The position numbers and the translations under genes are program-made. The notes beneath the pieces are model-generated. The model ran no database searches. It saw only the letters and a list, made by a program, of their open reading frames with translations, and was not told the DNA's origin. A stretch of 64,000 nt of DNA from Alphaproteobacteria bacterium. Lineage in GTDB: Bacteria > Myxococcota_A > UBA796 > GCA-2862545. The DNA is taken from the NCBI GenBank assembly GCA_020632915.1, contig JACKEP010000023.1:1-64000 (forward strand), given 5' to 3'. Positions within the stretch are counted from its first letter, which is position 1. Every line of letters starts with the position of its first letter. Below are positions 1 through 12,468 of this stretch, one piece after another.

Positions 1-373
1 GTGGATGGCGTGGCGGCTCGTGGCGGCCGCCGAGGAGGACGCCTGGCACCTCGCCCCGTTGCTGCCGATCGGCCCGGACTGGGTGCCGTCGGCGCCGGTG
101 CGGCTGCATGACGTGGGTGGGGTCGACGGTCCGCCGCGCGCAGGCGGCCTGCTGCTCGCGCGGGTCGTGCCGGGGAGCACGCCGCCGGCGGCCTGCTGCG
201 CGCTGGTGCTGCCCGAGGTGCCTCCCGCGGCGCTGCTCACCGGCTGGTTCGCCCGCCTCGCGCTGCCCCAGCTGGCCGGTACGCCCGAGCTGGCCACCGA
301 GGAGCTGCTGCGCCGCGGCGGTCACCACCTCGTCGCCGCGGCCCACCGGTGGTGGTGGGGTCGGCGGCGCTGA
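1..373 (+). CDS. possible 3' end of a gene that starts upstream of the window (hypothetical)
   Basis: Open frame from the window edge to TGA at 371-373. GC3-biased codons. No recognisable domain. Overlapping antisense ORFs make it ambiguous. Confidence 0.3.
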   Translation, partial: WMAWRLVAAAEEDAWHLAPLLPIGPDWVPSAPVRLHDVGGVDGPPRAGGLLLARVVPGSTPPAACCALVLPEVPPAALLTGWFARLALPQLAGTPELATEELLRRGGHHLVAAAHRWWWGRRR

Positions 374-375
374 CG

Positions 376-801
376 TCAGTGGTGGAAGGTGACGCGGCGG
401 ATGTCGTCGGCGGCGATCTTGTAGTTGCCCCAGGGCGCCACGCCCCAGCAGGGCACGTCGTCGTCGACCATGACCTTGACCGACGTGCCGTCGGTGAGCT
501 TGATGAACGCCACGCGCTTGTCCTTGTCGGACGTGGGCTCCACCCGCACCTCGGCGATGCGCTCGAAGGGCACGGCGGCGTGGCCCTCGCCGATGCGTCC
601 GTAGACGAACACCTCGCCGTCGAAGCTGACCTTGCGCAGCTCGACGACGTTGCCCGACAGGTCCTCGACGGTGGCGGCGAAGTCGCGCGCGGGCACGGGC
701 ACCCGCGACGGGGCGTCGCTGCCGCCGAAGCCGGTCGCGACCGCGGTGATCGGACCGCCGACGGCCACGAGCAGGAGGGCGGGGACGAGGACGCGGCGCA
801 T
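376..801 (-). CDS. small secreted hypothetical protein (141 aa)
   Basis: ATG start with N-terminal signal-peptide-like MRRVLVPALLLVAVGG. Mixed amino-acid composition (K, F, Y, W present), unlike GC-artefact ORFs. No domain recognised. Confidence 0.5.
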   Translation of the reverse strand: MRRVLVPALLLVAVGGPITAVATGFGGSDAPSRVPVPARDFAATVEDLSGNVVELRKVSFDGEVFVYGRIGEGHAAVPFERIAEVRVEPTSDKDKRVAFIKLTDGTSVKVMVDDDVPCWGVAPWGNYKIAADDIRRVTFHH

Positions 802-953
802 GCGGGCTCCAGCCGGGGGGCGGGGCGGATCGCGCGGCGCGCGCCGGGTCGCGAACGGCCCCCGAGCACGGCGTACGGCAGGTCCGCAGGGCTGTCAAGC
901 GCCCGTGGCTCGGCGGGGAAGGCTGCGTTAGCCCGCGCCGAGGTCGGTGCTCG

Positions 954-1943
954 ATGCCTTGCCGCGCGCCGCGCGTGACGGTGCGCTGGACGCGGCGACC
1001 GACCGAGGAAGCCGTGGCCCCTCCCTCCGCCGTGTCTGCCGGTTCCGCCGCCTACGAGGCGCCCGTGCCCGGACCGGTGGTCACCGTGGGCAACTTCGAC
1101 GGCGTCCACCTGGGCCACCGGGCGCTCCTGGCTGCCGCGCGCGACCTCGCCGGCCCCGACGGCACCGTGCTCGCCTACACGTTCCACCCCTCGCCGCGCG
1201 ACGTGATGCAGCCGGGCCACGGGGTGCCGCTGGTGCAGTCCATCGACGATCGCGTCGCGACCCTGCTCGGGGCGGGCGCCGACCACGTCGTCGTCGAGGC
1301 CTTCGACCGCGCCTACGCCGACCACTCCGCCGCCTGGTTCGTCGAGGACGTCCTGGTGGCGCGCCTGCACGCCACGGGCGTGGTGGTGGGCTGGGACTTC
1401 CGCTTCGGCAAGGGCCGCGCGGGCGACGAGGGGCTGCTCCGCGCGCTCCTCGACGTGCCGGTCCGTGTGGTGGACGGGGTCACGCTCGACGGCGCGGTCG
1501 TCAGCTCCACGCGGGTCCGTCAGGCGGTCCAGGACGGCGACCTCGGCCACGCGGCCCGGATGCTCGCCCGGCCCCACGAGGTGGTCGGACCGGTGGTGCG
1601 CGGTGACGCGCGGGGCCGACGGATCGGCTTTCCCACCGCCAACGTCGCGCCGGTCACCGAGCTGCTGCCGCCTGCGGGCGTCTACGCGGTGCGGGTCGAC
1701 GTCGACGGCACCTGGGTGTCGGGCGTGGCCAACCTCGGCGACCGACCCACCTTCGGCCCGGGGCGGGGCCGCCTCGAGGTCCACCTGCTCGACTTCGACG
1801 GCGACCTGTACGACCGCGTCCTAAGGGTACGGCTGGTGGCGCGCCTGCGTGGGGAGCGCGCCTTCGACGGCGTCGACGCCCTCGTCGCCCAGATCCGCCG
1901 CGACGCCGACGCAGCGCGGGCGGTGCTCGCGGAGGCGTCGTGA
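954..1943 (+). CDS. ribF: bifunctional riboflavin kinase / FMN adenylyltransferase
   Basis: Motifs VVTVGNFDGVHLGHRAL (the nucleotidyltransferase GxFDGxHxGH signature) and a C-terminal riboflavin-kinase region (GFPTANV, EVHLLDFDGDLY). The true start may be the downstream in-frame GTG near 1030. Confidence 0.85.
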   Translation: MPCRAPRVTVRWTRRPTEEAVAPPSAVSAGSAAYEAPVPGPVVTVGNFDGVHLGHRALLAAARDLAGPDGTVLAYTFHPSPRDVMQPGHGVPLVQSIDDRVATLLGAGADHVVVEAFDRAYADHSAAWFVEDVLVARLHATGVVVGWDFRFGKGRAGDEGLLRALLDVPVRVVDGVTLDGAVVSSTRVRQAVQDGDLGHAARMLARPHEVVGPVVRGDARGRRIGFPTANVAPVTELLPPAGVYAVRVDVDGTWVSGVANLGDRPTFGPGRGRLEVHLLDFDGDLYDRVLRVRLVARLRGERAFDGVDALVAQIRRDADAARAVLAEAS

Positions 1944-2785
1944 GCCCGGTCTCGGGGCGCACCCGGGTGTTCGCGCTGATCGGCCATCCGGTCGCCCACT
2001 CCCTGTCGCCGGCGCTGCACAACGGCGAGCTCGCGGCCCACGGCGTCGACGCCGTCTACGTGGCGCTGCCCGTCGACCCCGCCCATCGGGATCGGGTCGC
2101 GGGCGCCATCCGCACGCTCGGACTGGCGGGCTGCAACCTCACCGTGCCCTTCAAGGAGGCCGTCGTGCACGGGCTCGACGCGGTGGAGGGCGTGGCGCGG
2201 GTGATCGGTGCGGTGAACACGGTGGTGCGCGACGGCCAGCGCCTCGTGGGCCACAACACCGACGCCGACGGCTTCGTCGCCGGACTGCACGAGGCGTTCG
2301 GGCCGGTGGCGCCCGGGTGCACGGCGCTGGTGCTCGGTGCAGGGGGCGCGGGCCTCGCCGTCGGGGTCGGGCTCGCCCGGGCGGGCGCCCGTCAGGTCAC
2401 CTGGCTCAACCGCACGCCCGAGCGCGCCCAGGCCGCGGTCGATCGTTGCCAGGCCGCGCTGCCGTCCACCCACCTGCACGCCGGGCCGCTCGACGCGCGC
2501 ACGTTCGCGGCGCTGGCGCCCCACGCCGACGTGATCGTCCAGGCCACCTCCGGGGGCGGCACCGCCGTGGTCGAGGGGCTCGATCCCCAGGCCGTGCGCG
2601 ACGACGCCATCTGGGTCGACCTGAACTACTGGATGGCCGACCCGCCGCTGTGGCGCGCGCTCGCGGCGCGTGGGGTGCGGCTGCAGGACGGCCGCCCGAT
2701 GCTCGTGCACCAGGCGGCCCTGGCCCTGGGCCTCTTGACGGGTATTTCTCCGGACACGGATCGGATGCGAGCGCGGATCGGGTAG
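1940..2785 (+). CDS. aroE: shikimate dehydrogenase
   Basis: N-terminus VFALIGHPVAHSLSPALHN, then GCNLTVPFKEAV, GAVNTVV, GHNTDADGF, and a Rossmann loop VLGAGGAG. GTG start overlaps the ribF stop (GTGA). Confidence 0.85.
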   Translation: MSPVSGRTRVFALIGHPVAHSLSPALHNGELAAHGVDAVYVALPVDPAHRDRVAGAIRTLGLAGCNLTVPFKEAVVHGLDAVEGVARVIGAVNTVVRDGQRLVGHNTDADGFVAGLHEAFGPVAPGCTALVLGAGGAGLAVGVGLARAGARQVTWLNRTPERAQAAVDRCQAALPSTHLHAGPLDARTFAALAPHADVIVQATSGGGTAVVEGLDPQAVRDDAIWVDLNYWMADPPLWRALAARGVRLQDGRPMLVHQAALALGLLTGISPDTDRMRARIG

Positions 2786-2804
2786 ACTCCGCCGCCCAGG
2801 AGGG

Positions 2805-3209
2805 GTGATGGCCGACAGGCCCGTGCTGGTCTGCATGCGGGGCTCGCTTCAAGGCAGCGTGTTCCCGATCCCCGAGGGCGGCCTCGAGATCGGGCGCTCC
2901 CCCGAGAACGACGTGGTGGTCGACGACGACGGGGTGTCCCGGTTCCATGCCCGCCTGCTCTACGACAACGGCTCCCTCTGGCTGCGCGACGCCGGCTCGC
3001 GCAACGGGATCTTCGTCAACGACAAGCGCATCAGCGATCACAAGGCCCTCAAGGTGGGCGACGTGATCCGCCTCGGCGAGACCGACCTGGAGGTCCGCTG
3101 GGAAGAGACCGAGCCCGACGATCCCGAGGACGGCGGCTCGTCCAGTGCAGACAACTCCGGCACGTCCGGTCCGGCGGGACGCCGCCGATGGTTCTGGCCC
3201 TTCGAGTAG
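2805..3209 (+). CDS. FHA domain protein (134 aa)
   Basis: FHA signature EIGRSPENDVVVDDDGVSRFHARLLYDNGSLWLRDAGSRNGIFVND. Confidence 0.7.
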   Translation: MMADRPVLVCMRGSLQGSVFPIPEGGLEIGRSPENDVVVDDDGVSRFHARLLYDNGSLWLRDAGSRNGIFVNDKRISDHKALKVGDVIRLGETDLEVRWEETEPDDPEDGGSSSADNSGTSGPAGRRRWFWPFE

Positions 3210-3219
3210 GAGCAAGGGG

Positions 3220-4242
<1,023 letters not shown>

Positions 4243-5483
4243 CGGGGCGTTACAGCGATCGGGTCGACGCGGGCCTGCCCCGGGCACACGCGGGTCGACG
4301 TGGTCCCGGGAGGCCACCATCCGCGTCACGCCCTTCCTGCTCGCCTGCCTGCTCACGGGCTGTGCCGGCCGCGCCCTGGCCCTCGACCCCACGCTCCCCG
4401 ACGGGGACCCGGTGCCGCTGCGCACGCCGGCCTCGGTGCTCGAGGCCGAGTCCGCCAGCGTCGACCCCAGCCGACGGGCGCCGGCCCTGGCGTGGATCGT
4501 GCGCGCCCGTCCGGCCGACGCGCTGCCGCGCTGGGTGATGCAGGGCACCTACGACCCCGAGCCGTGGGTGCAGCAGGGGGTGGTCGCGTCGCTGCTCGCG
4601 CGCGTCGACGAGCCGGCGGTGCTCGACGCCCTGGTCGACTACGTCCAGCGCGGCTCGGGCGACCCCTACGTGCGGGCGCACGCCGCCCACCAGCTGATCG
4701 ATCTGGGTCACGCCGATCGCCTGGGTGGCCTCGTGGGCGCCTGGGCAGGCCAGCCCCCGTGGCGCGCCGCACCGCTGGCGCTGGTGTCGGCGCGGCTGGG
4801 CGACGAGGGTGCGCGGCTGCCGCTGGAGCTGCTGATGTCGCGCGCCGACGTGCGCGACGACACGTCGTTCGTGGTCGATCTGGCCACCTACGGCTGGCCG
4901 ACGCTGTCCGAGGCGCTCGCCCGCGGTCTGCAGTGGCACGAGCCGGAGTCGGCGCTGCGCTTCCAGGTGGCCCGGGCGGTGCTCGGGGCCCGCGACGCCC
5001 GCGACGCGCTCCGGCAGGCGCTGCGGTCCACCGAACCGGGCGAGGCCCGCGACGTCCTCGACCTGATCCGCGCCCTGCCGCCCGAGCCGCGCGCCACGTG
5101 GGCGGCGTTCGCGCGGGGCGCCCGCGACCCGTCCGTGCGGGCCGCCGCAGCGCTCGTGCGCCGTCCCACCGCAGCGGGGCTCGTGCGCGGCGTGCACCGC
5201 GGCGACCCCTACGTGGGCGAGGTGGCGATCGACCTGTCCGACGCGCTCGGCATCGGCCAGGCCGAGGTCGCCCGCGCCGCGATCGCCACCGACGACGCCG
5301 TGCTCCGCGCGCACGGCGCGGCGCTGGCCGGCCACGCCCGCGTCGAGGCGCTGATCCCCGACCTGCTCGCGCTGGCGGGCGACGACTACGCCGACGTGCG
5401 CGTGGCGGCCTACGGCGCGCTGCTGGTGATGGGCGTGACCCCTCCGGCTCCGTGATACCCCCGACGGGTCGCTGGAGGTGAGG

Positions 5484-7193
5484 ATGGCCCCGACCGATCT
5501 GCCCGGGTGGGCGGCCGCGCTGCGTGATCGCTACCTGTCGGGTGAGGCGAGTCTGTTCCTCGTCCACGGCAACGTGCGCGACCTGCAGCCGTGGCACGGC
5601 GACGACGGGCGCGTCGAGTACGTCGACCTGCGCACGTTCCTGGAGCGCTTCCTCGCCCGCACGCGCGATGTGGTCGTCTACTACAACGTCAGCCAGGGCC
5701 TGTGCCCGCTCGACAAGGAGCACGAGCGGCGCCTGCGCGCCAGCGTCGACGCCCGCCGCATGCTCGACGGGGGGGAGCGGCTCGGTCCGTTGCCGCGCGG
5801 CATCTCCGAGACGCTGGCCGTCGTGGAGTCGCTCGTCACCGACCCCACGCGCGCCTCGGGCGTCGTGCTCGACTTCTTCGAGATGATCGCCCCCCACGCC
5901 GACCCGGCGTTCATGACCGGCGAGGACAAGGCCAACCTCGTCACCATGCGCCGGTGGTCGTCCGATCCGGCGCTCCTCGCCACCGACAACCTCGTGCTGC
6001 TCGTCACCGAGAGCCTGTCGGACGTCGCGCGCAGCGTGCTCGCCAGCCCGCAGCTGGTCACCGTGCGCGTGCCCTACCCCGAGGAGGCCGACCGCGTGGC
6101 CTTCCTCGCCGCCGAGCTCACGCCCGAGATCCCGGTGGCGATGGCCCAGCCCGCGCTCGCCAAGGTCACGGCTGGGCTCACGTGCGTGCAGATCCGCAGC
6201 CTCATCCAGATGGCCCGCCAGACGGGCACGGCGATCGACTTCCGGTCGGTGGCCGAGCGCAAGAAGGTGATCATCGAGCAGGAGTGCCACGGCCTCGTCG
6301 AGTTCGTCGCGCCGCGGCACGACCTGTCCCACGTGGGCGGCATGGACGAGGTCAAGGCCGACCTGCGGCGCGTAGCCGACGCGGTCAAGGCCGGCGCCCG
6401 CAACCGGGTGCCGATGGGCATGATCTTCGTGGGCCCGATGGGCACCGGCAAGACGTTCGTGGCCGAGGCCTTCTCGGCCGAGTCCGGCCTGACGTGCCTG
6501 CAGTTCAAGAACTTCCGCGACAAGTGGGTCGGCTCCACCGAGGCCAACCTGGAGAAGGTGCTCGAGCTGGTCGAGGCCCTCGGCTACGTGCTGCTGATCA
6601 TCGACGAGGCCGAGCGCGCCCTGTCGAGCGGCGACAACGACGGCGGCGTCGGCAGCCGCGTGATCGCGCGGCTCAAGGAGTTCATGTCCGACACGTCCCA
6701 CCGCGGGCGTGTCGTGATGCTGATGATGACCAACCGGCCCGACAAGCTCGACGCCGACCTCAAGCGCCCCGGCCGCTTCGACCTAAAGATCCCGTTCTTC
6801 TTCCCGGAGACGGCCGACGAGCGGGTGCGCATCCTGCGCGCGCTGGTGCGCAAGAACGACATCCCGCTCGCCGACGACGCCGACCTCGACGCGGTCGCCG
6901 ACGCCACGCAGGGCTACTCGGGCGCCGAGCTGGAGGCGGTGCTGCTGTCGGCGGCCGCCACCGCAGCGCTCGACGGCACGGAAGCCGTCACCGACGACGA
7001 CCTCACCCAGGCCCGCACCGACGTGATCCCGTCCCGCGACGTGCGCATGCTCGGCTACATGGAGATGCTCGCGGTGTTCGAGTGCAGCGCCCGCCGCATG
7101 CTGCCCGCCCGCTACCGCGACCTCGACACCCACCAGGTGCTCGAGCGGCTCGACGCGCTCAAGGCCCAGCTCGGGCGCAGGGCGCTGACGTGA
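5484..7193 (+). CDS. AAA+ family ATPase (classical clade; degenerate N-terminal domain plus canonical C-terminal AAA module)
   Basis: Walker [10 protein letters not shown], Walker B LLIIDEAE, sensor-1 MTNRP, arginine finger region RPGRFD, and GYSGAELE lid. RBS GGAGG sits 5-10 nt upstream of the ATG at 5484. Confidence 0.8.
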   Translation: MAPTDLPGWAAALRDRYLSGEASLFLVHGNVRDLQPWHGDDGRVEYVDLRTFLERFLARTRDVVVYYNVSQGLCPLDKEHERRLRASVDARRMLDGGERLGPLPRGISETLAVVESLVTDPTRASGVVLDFFEMIAPHADPAFMTGEDKANLVTMRRWSSDPALLATDNLVLLVTESLSDVARSVLASPQLVTVRVPYPEEADRVAFLAAELTPEIPVAMAQPALAKVTAGLTCVQIRSLIQMARQTGTAIDFRSVAERKKVIIEQECHGLVEFVAPRHDLSHVGGMDEVKADLRRVADAVKAGARNRVPMGMIFVGPMGTGKTFVAEAFSAESGLTCLQFKNFRDKWVGSTEANLEKVLELVEALGYVLLIIDEAERALSSGDNDGGVGSRVIARLKEFMSDTSHRGRVVMLMMTNRPDKLDADLKRPGRFDLKIPFFFPETADERVRILRALVRKNDIPLADDADLDAVADATQGYSGAELEAVLLSAAATAALDGTEAVTDDDLTQARTDVIPSRDVRMLGYMEMLAVFECSARRMLPARYRDLDTHQVLERLDALKAQLGRRALT

Positions 7194-7630
7194 CGGCGCT
7201 GCTCGCCCTGGTGCTGGCGGCGTGCGGGGGCGCGTCCCCGTCGGCGGACCCGTTCGGTCCGGGATCGGCCACGCCGGTCGCCGGCCCCACGGAGGGGTGC
7301 CCGGGAGACGCCGCCGCGCTCCCGATCGCCATGGAGGGTGTGGGCACGTTCGACGGCCCGATGCCGCCGCTCGACACCGACGGCATGTTCTGCGTCGCCG
7401 AGGTCGGCCACGGCGAGGTCACCCACGTCAGCAGCGACGTCGGATCGGTGGCCGACCGCTACCAGCACCACTTCACCGCGCACGACCAGCCCGCGGTGCG
7501 GCCCGACGACGTGGGCGCACCCAACCCCGATCACGAGGCGCTGGTGGTCACGCGCGAGGGCGTGGCCTGGCGCATGGACTTCCGTCGCCGCGACGGCGGC
7601 TTCGTGGACGTCACGATCGTCCGGCAGTGA
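7190..7630 (+). CDS. small lipoprotein (hypothetical)
   Basis: GTG start overlaps the AAA gene stop (GTGA). Lipobox [14 protein letters not shown]. No domain recognised. Confidence 0.5.
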   Translation: MTALLALVLAACGGASPSADPFGPGSATPVAGPTEGCPGDAAALPIAMEGVGTFDGPMPPLDTDGMFCVAEVGHGEVTHVSSDVGSVADRYQHHFTAHDQPAVRPDDVGAPNPDHEALVVTREGVAWRMDFRRRDGGFVDVTIVRQ

Positions 7631-7666
7631 CGCGCTGCGGGCCTGTCTGCTGGCCGCTGGACCGGC

Positions 7667-8503
7667 CTACTGGACCCAGGCGATGGTGACCTGGAGGCGC
7701 ACGTCGGTGTGGCGGCAGTCGCCGACGTTGTCGTCGCCGAACACCCGCAGCGCGAACGGCAGATCCTGGCGGTTGCGCATCTCGTCGGTGAGGCGCGCCA
7801 TCATCGGCCCCTCGAGGTCGATGTCGAGGCGGCCGGCCTGCTCGGTGGGCGGCACCGTGCACGTGGAGTCGGGCTGGCCCAGGCACCAGTAGGCGGCGTC
7901 GCGATCGGCGAACGGCGTGCCGGCGATGCGCGACCAGTCGTAGCGGTAGAGCCCGTTGAACTCCTGCAGCGCCGTCATCGGGTAGCCGGAGCCGCCGCCC
8001 ACCAGCACCCACTCGTCGAGGGTGAGGGTGAAGTGGTCGTCGAACTCGAGGTTGCTGGTGGAGCTGGCGATGTCGAGGTCGCACAGCGTGCCGGTGGTGG
8101 GCAGCTGGACCACGGCGGTGTCGATCGCCTGGGCGGTGTTGTGCTCGTTGTTCGGCGCGAGGTTGCCGCCGGTGTTCCACTGGCAGTCCTGCCGCGCGGG
8201 GAAGAACACCTCGAACGTCTGCACGAGGTGGGGGTCGAGGGCGCAGTCGGGATCGCGGGGCTGCACCGGCAGGTCGGTGTCGATCGGAAGATCCGTATCG
8301 ACCGGGAGCTCGGGGGTGTCGGTGTCGACGATCGGATCGTCGGCCGGCTCCGCGCTGTCGACCACCACCGGATCGTCGGTGACCGGCGGCTTGAGCGGCG
8401 GGCTGTCGGAGTCGACGGGCGCGACGGGGACGGGCTCGACGTCCTTCGTCTCCGACAGGGAGTAGTCGCTGCACGCGAACATCAGGGCGAGGAGGGGCAG
8501 CAT
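7667..8503 (-). CDS. lipoprotein with acidic Asp-Thr/Pro repeat linker (hypothetical)
   Basis: ATG at 8503 is preceded by GGAGA. Lipobox MLPLLALMFACSD. Linker repeats DTDTPELPVDTDLPIDTDLPV. The C-terminal domain has several Cys. An alternative start lies at 8542. Confidence 0.55.
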   Translation of the reverse strand: MLPLLALMFACSDYSLSETKDVEPVPVAPVDSDSPPLKPPVTDDPVVVDSAEPADDPIVDTDTPELPVDTDLPIDTDLPVQPRDPDCALDPHLVQTFEVFFPARQDCQWNTGGNLAPNNEHNTAQAIDTAVVQLPTTGTLCDLDIASSTSNLEFDDHFTLTLDEWVLVGGGSGYPMTALQEFNGLYRYDWSRIAGTPFADRDAAYWCLGQPDSTCTVPPTEQAGRLDIDLEGPMMARLTDEMRNRQDLPFALRVFGDDNVGDCRHTDVRLQVTIAWVQ

Positions 8504-8709
8504 GGCAGTCTCCGGGGGGGCCGGGGCGCGGGAGTGAACCATGGATCGGACGGCCCCGGTACCGGTTGAGGCGGATATCGGGTTTGGACGCAGCAGTGCG
8601 CGGAAGTTCGCATTCGTTCCTTCGGGTTGGTGCGCGGCGCGCTTCGGGAAATCCGCAGAACGCGTGCGCTGCGCGGGGCCGGTTGACCGCGATCCGGCGA
8701 CACGCCAAC

Positions 8710-10452
8710 ATGCGCCGCATGTCACGACCGCACCCCGCTCTCGCCCTCGTCGTCGCCGCCGCGTTCACGCTGCGCGTCCAGCCCGTCTACAGCCTGGACG
8801 TGTGGTGGCACCTGTCGATGGGCCGGGCCGTGCTCGACGCGGGCGCGCGCACGGTGCCCGAGCCGGTGGGCCTGCTCGGCCCGTCCACCTACGTCGACCC
8901 CGAGTGGCTGTTCGACGTGCTGGCGCTGGGCCTGTTCGAAGCGGGGGGGCCGGCGGCGATCGTGCTGGTGACGGCGCTTGCGGCAGCCCTGTCGGCGCTT
9001 GCGGTCGACGCGCTGGCGCGGGCGGCCGGGGCCTCGGCGGATCGCGCGGTGGTGGTGACGGCGCTGGTGGCGGCGGCGTCGAGCTTCCGGTTCCTGCCGC
9101 GACCCCAGAGCCTGTTCCTCGTGCTGCTCCCGCTGGTGATGGCGCTGGTGCTGACGTTCCGTTCGCGGACGGGCCCGGCTCGGTGGGTGGCGCTCGCGGG
9201 CGTGTGGGCGACCGTCGCGCTGTGGAGCCAGGTGCACACCTCGGTGGTGATCGCGCCGGTGGTGGTGGCCTGCATGGCGTGGCCGGGCTGGACGGGGGCG
9301 CGCCCGCTGCGCGCCGCGGACGTCGCGTGGCTCGCGCCGGTGGCAGCGGCGCCGTTCCTGGGCGCCTTCGGGGTGGGCGTGGTCGACCAGGTGCTCCGTC
9401 ACAGCGACGGGGACGCCACCCGCTACATCACCGACATGCGCCCGATGGCGCCGATCGAGCTGGCGCTCGTCACCCAGCCGAGCATCCTGCTGCTCGACGC
9501 CCTGCTGCTCGGCACGCTCGGGCTCGCGGGCTGGCGTCGACGGGCGCCGCCGGGCGGCGTGGTGCTGGCCATCCTGGGCTTCGCGCTCACGTCGACGGCC
9601 AACCGGTTCCGTGCGGCGTGGGCGATCCTGCTCGCGCCGTGGGCGGCGACGGTGGCGGGTGCGGATCCGCTGCCCCGGGCGGTGCCGTGGGGGGCCGCGG
9701 GTGTGGTCGCGCTGCTCGCCGTCACCCAGGTGCCCCACCTGGGGCTGGGCGTCGACCGCGGCATGGTGGCCGTCGACCTCGTGCAGGCGATGGAGGACCA
9801 CGACGTCCGCGGGGCCGTGTTCGACGACTACGACGTCGGCGGCATCCTCGGCTGGCGGATGGCCGGCCGGGTGCGCGTGCTCCTCGACGGGCGCACCCCC
9901 ACCCACTTCGACGCCGACGACCTGTACGCATGGCGCCGCGGCGTGCGCGATCCTGAGGTGTTCGACACCCTCGACCGCGCGTTCGGCTTCGCCGCGGTGG
10001 CGATCGCCCGTGACCGGCCGCTGTGCGGGGCGCTGTCGGGCCGCGGGTGGGTACCGGTGTGGTCCGACGCGCGGCGGGTGTTGTTCCTCCGCACCGGCGC
10101 GGCCGTGCCCGACGCCTGCCTGCCGCCGGTCGATCCGACGCCACGGCAGGGTGACGGTGGCGCCGGTGAGATCGCCGCGTGGGACGCGCTGCTCGATGCC
10201 GGCCGCGCGGACGACGTCGTCGCTGCGGCGAGCGCGGTGGTGGATCGGCTCGGCCACGAGGCGTCGCCCGCGGTCGACCTGCGCCTGGCCCGTGCGTGCG
10301 CGATGACGGGCGACGCCGCCTGTGTGGGCAGCCGGGCGTGGCGCGCCGCGCTCTACGGCCAGCCCGGGGCGCTGGACCTGCTCGCCGCCGTCCGCGACCG
10401 GCTCGACGACGGACCGCAGCGGCGCACGGACGCGCTGCTCGCCACGCGGTAG
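8710..10452 (+). CDS. polytopic membrane protein, possibly a GT-C-type glycosyltransferase (hypothetical)
   Basis: About 10-12 predicted TM helices (for example LALVVAAAFTL, AAIVLVTALAAALSALAV, SLFLVLLPLVMALVLTF). An early loop motif reads LDVWWHLSMGRAVLDAG. The C-terminal ~230 aa are soluble. The family assignment is tentative. Confidence 0.6.
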   Translation: MRRMSRPHPALALVVAAAFTLRVQPVYSLDVWWHLSMGRAVLDAGARTVPEPVGLLGPSTYVDPEWLFDVLALGLFEAGGPAAIVLVTALAAALSALAVDALARAAGASADRAVVVTALVAAASSFRFLPRPQSLFLVLLPLVMALVLTFRSRTGPARWVALAGVWATVALWSQVHTSVVIAPVVVACMAWPGWTGARPLRAADVAWLAPVAAAPFLGAFGVGVVDQVLRHSDGDATRYITDMRPMAPIELALVTQPSILLLDALLLGTLGLAGWRRRAPPGGVVLAILGFALTSTANRFRAAWAILLAPWAATVAGADPLPRAVPWGAAGVVALLAVTQVPHLGLGVDRGMVAVDLVQAMEDHDVRGAVFDDYDVGGILGWRMAGRVRVLLDGRTPTHFDADDLYAWRRGVRDPEVFDTLDRAFGFAAVAIARDRPLCGALSGRGWVPVWSDARRVLFLRTGAAVPDACLPPVDPTPRQGDGGAGEIAAWDALLDAGRADDVVAAASAVVDRLGHEASPAVDLRLARACAMTGDAACVGSRAWRAALYGQPGALDLLAAVRDRLDDGPQRRTDALLATR

Positions 10453-10523
10453 GGGGCTGGCGCTGCCGACCCGGATCCACGACGGCGCGGATCCGACGAC
10501 GGTGCCAGCGACCCCCGCGCCGC

Positions 10524-10552
10524 TTGACATCGACCGGTAGACGGCCTAGATG
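10524..10552 (+). promoter_or_regulatory. sigma-70-like promoter upstream of rplU (TTGACA-17 nt-TAGATG)
   Basis: A perfect -35 TTGACA at 10524-10529, a 17-nt spacer, and the -10-like TAGATG at 10547-10552. It lies about 115 nt upstream of the rplU ATG. Confidence 0.45.
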
Positions 10553-10665
10553 CGCCGGGCTCGCCATCCCCACGAGATGAGGATGGCCCGTACACGGATA
10601 CCAGCACCCCGCCAGGCGGCGTGCGAAGGCCCGCTCCGCGAGACGGAGCGCCAAGGAGCACCCTG

Positions 10666-10974
10666 ATGTTCGCGATCGTGGAAACCAGCGGGAAGCAGTA
10701 CCGGGTCGAGCCGGGCGCCCGCGTCGTCGTCGACCGGGTCGACGCCGAAGAGGGTGCGACGATCACCCTCGACAAGGTCCTGCTCGTCGGCGACGACGGC
10801 GTGAAGGTGGGCACCCCCACCGTCGCCGGTGCCTCCGTCGAGGCCAAGGTGGTCGGCCACCACAAGGGCGACAAGGTCATCTCCTTCCGCTACGCGCGCC
10901 GTCACCGCACGCGTCGTCGTGTCGGCTTCCGGCACAGCCACACCACCCTCGAGATCGTCGGCATCAAGGCCTGA
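10666..10974 (+). CDS. rplU: 50S ribosomal protein L21
   Basis: [17 protein letters not shown]...[10 protein letters not shown]...[27 protein letters not shown] matches L21 throughout. RBS AAGGAG sits 8 nt upstream of the ATG. Confidence 0.95.
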   Translation: MFAIVETSGKQYRVEPGARVVVDRVDAEEGATITLDKVLLVGDDGVKVGTPTVAGASVEAKVVGHHKGDKVISFRYARRHRTRRRVGFRHSHTTLEIVGIKA

Positions 10975-11013
10975 TCCACCAGGCCTTGCCCGCAAGGCAC
11001 ACGGAGACCCACG

Positions 11014-11289
11014 ATGGCACACAAGAAGGGCCAGGGCTCGACCCGCAACGGCCGCGACTCCAACCCCCAGTACCGTGGCGTGAAGAAGTTCGACGGTGAG
11101 CAGGTGCTCGCCGGCAACATCATCGTCCGCCAGGTCGGCAGCAAGTTCCACTGCGGCGACAACACCCGTCTGGGCCGCGACTACACCCTGTTCGCCACGG
11201 CGGACGGCACGGTGAAGTTCCACACCCGGAACAACCGCAAGCTCATCAGCGTCCTGCCGTCCACCGACGACGGGTCGAGCGCGAAGTAG
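11014..11289 (+). CDS. rpmA: 50S ribosomal protein L27
   Basis: [50 protein letters not shown] is the canonical L27 sequence. Confidence 0.95.
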   Translation: MAHKKGQGSTRNGRDSNPQYRGVKKFDGEQVLAGNIIVRQVGSKFHCGDNTRLGRDYTLFATADGTVKFHTRNNRKLISVLPSTDDGSSAK

Positions 11290-11324
11290 TCACGCACGCG
11301 GCGCGCTCCGGCGTGCCGGCCGAC

Positions 11325-11350
11325 GGGACGATTCCAGGCGGAGTCGTCCC
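11325..11350 (+). terminator. hairpin between rpmA and obg (possible attenuator or partial terminator)
   Basis: Inverted repeat GGGACGA-N12-TCGTCCC immediately after the rpmA stop. Confidence 0.3.
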
Positions 11351-11374
11351 GTTCGTGCGTTCTCGGAGGATGAC

Positions 11375-12394
<1,020 letters not shown>

Positions 12395-12468
12395 CCCGAC
12401 CGTGTGTTCCCGTCGACGGTTGTCGAACCGCGTCTCGACGGTTGCAACGCCCCGGCCGATGGTGCGAT

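Noticed and set aside
237-1784. 515-aa minus-strand ORF
   Set aside because: It is antisense to ribF and to the small secreted protein gene. It is low complexity.
4353-6701. 782-aa minus-strand ORF and the 5591-7630 plus-strand out-of-frame ORF
   Set aside because: Both overlap the AAA+ ATPase gene, which has canonical Walker motifs in its own frame. Both are Arg/Pro/Ala-rich shadows.
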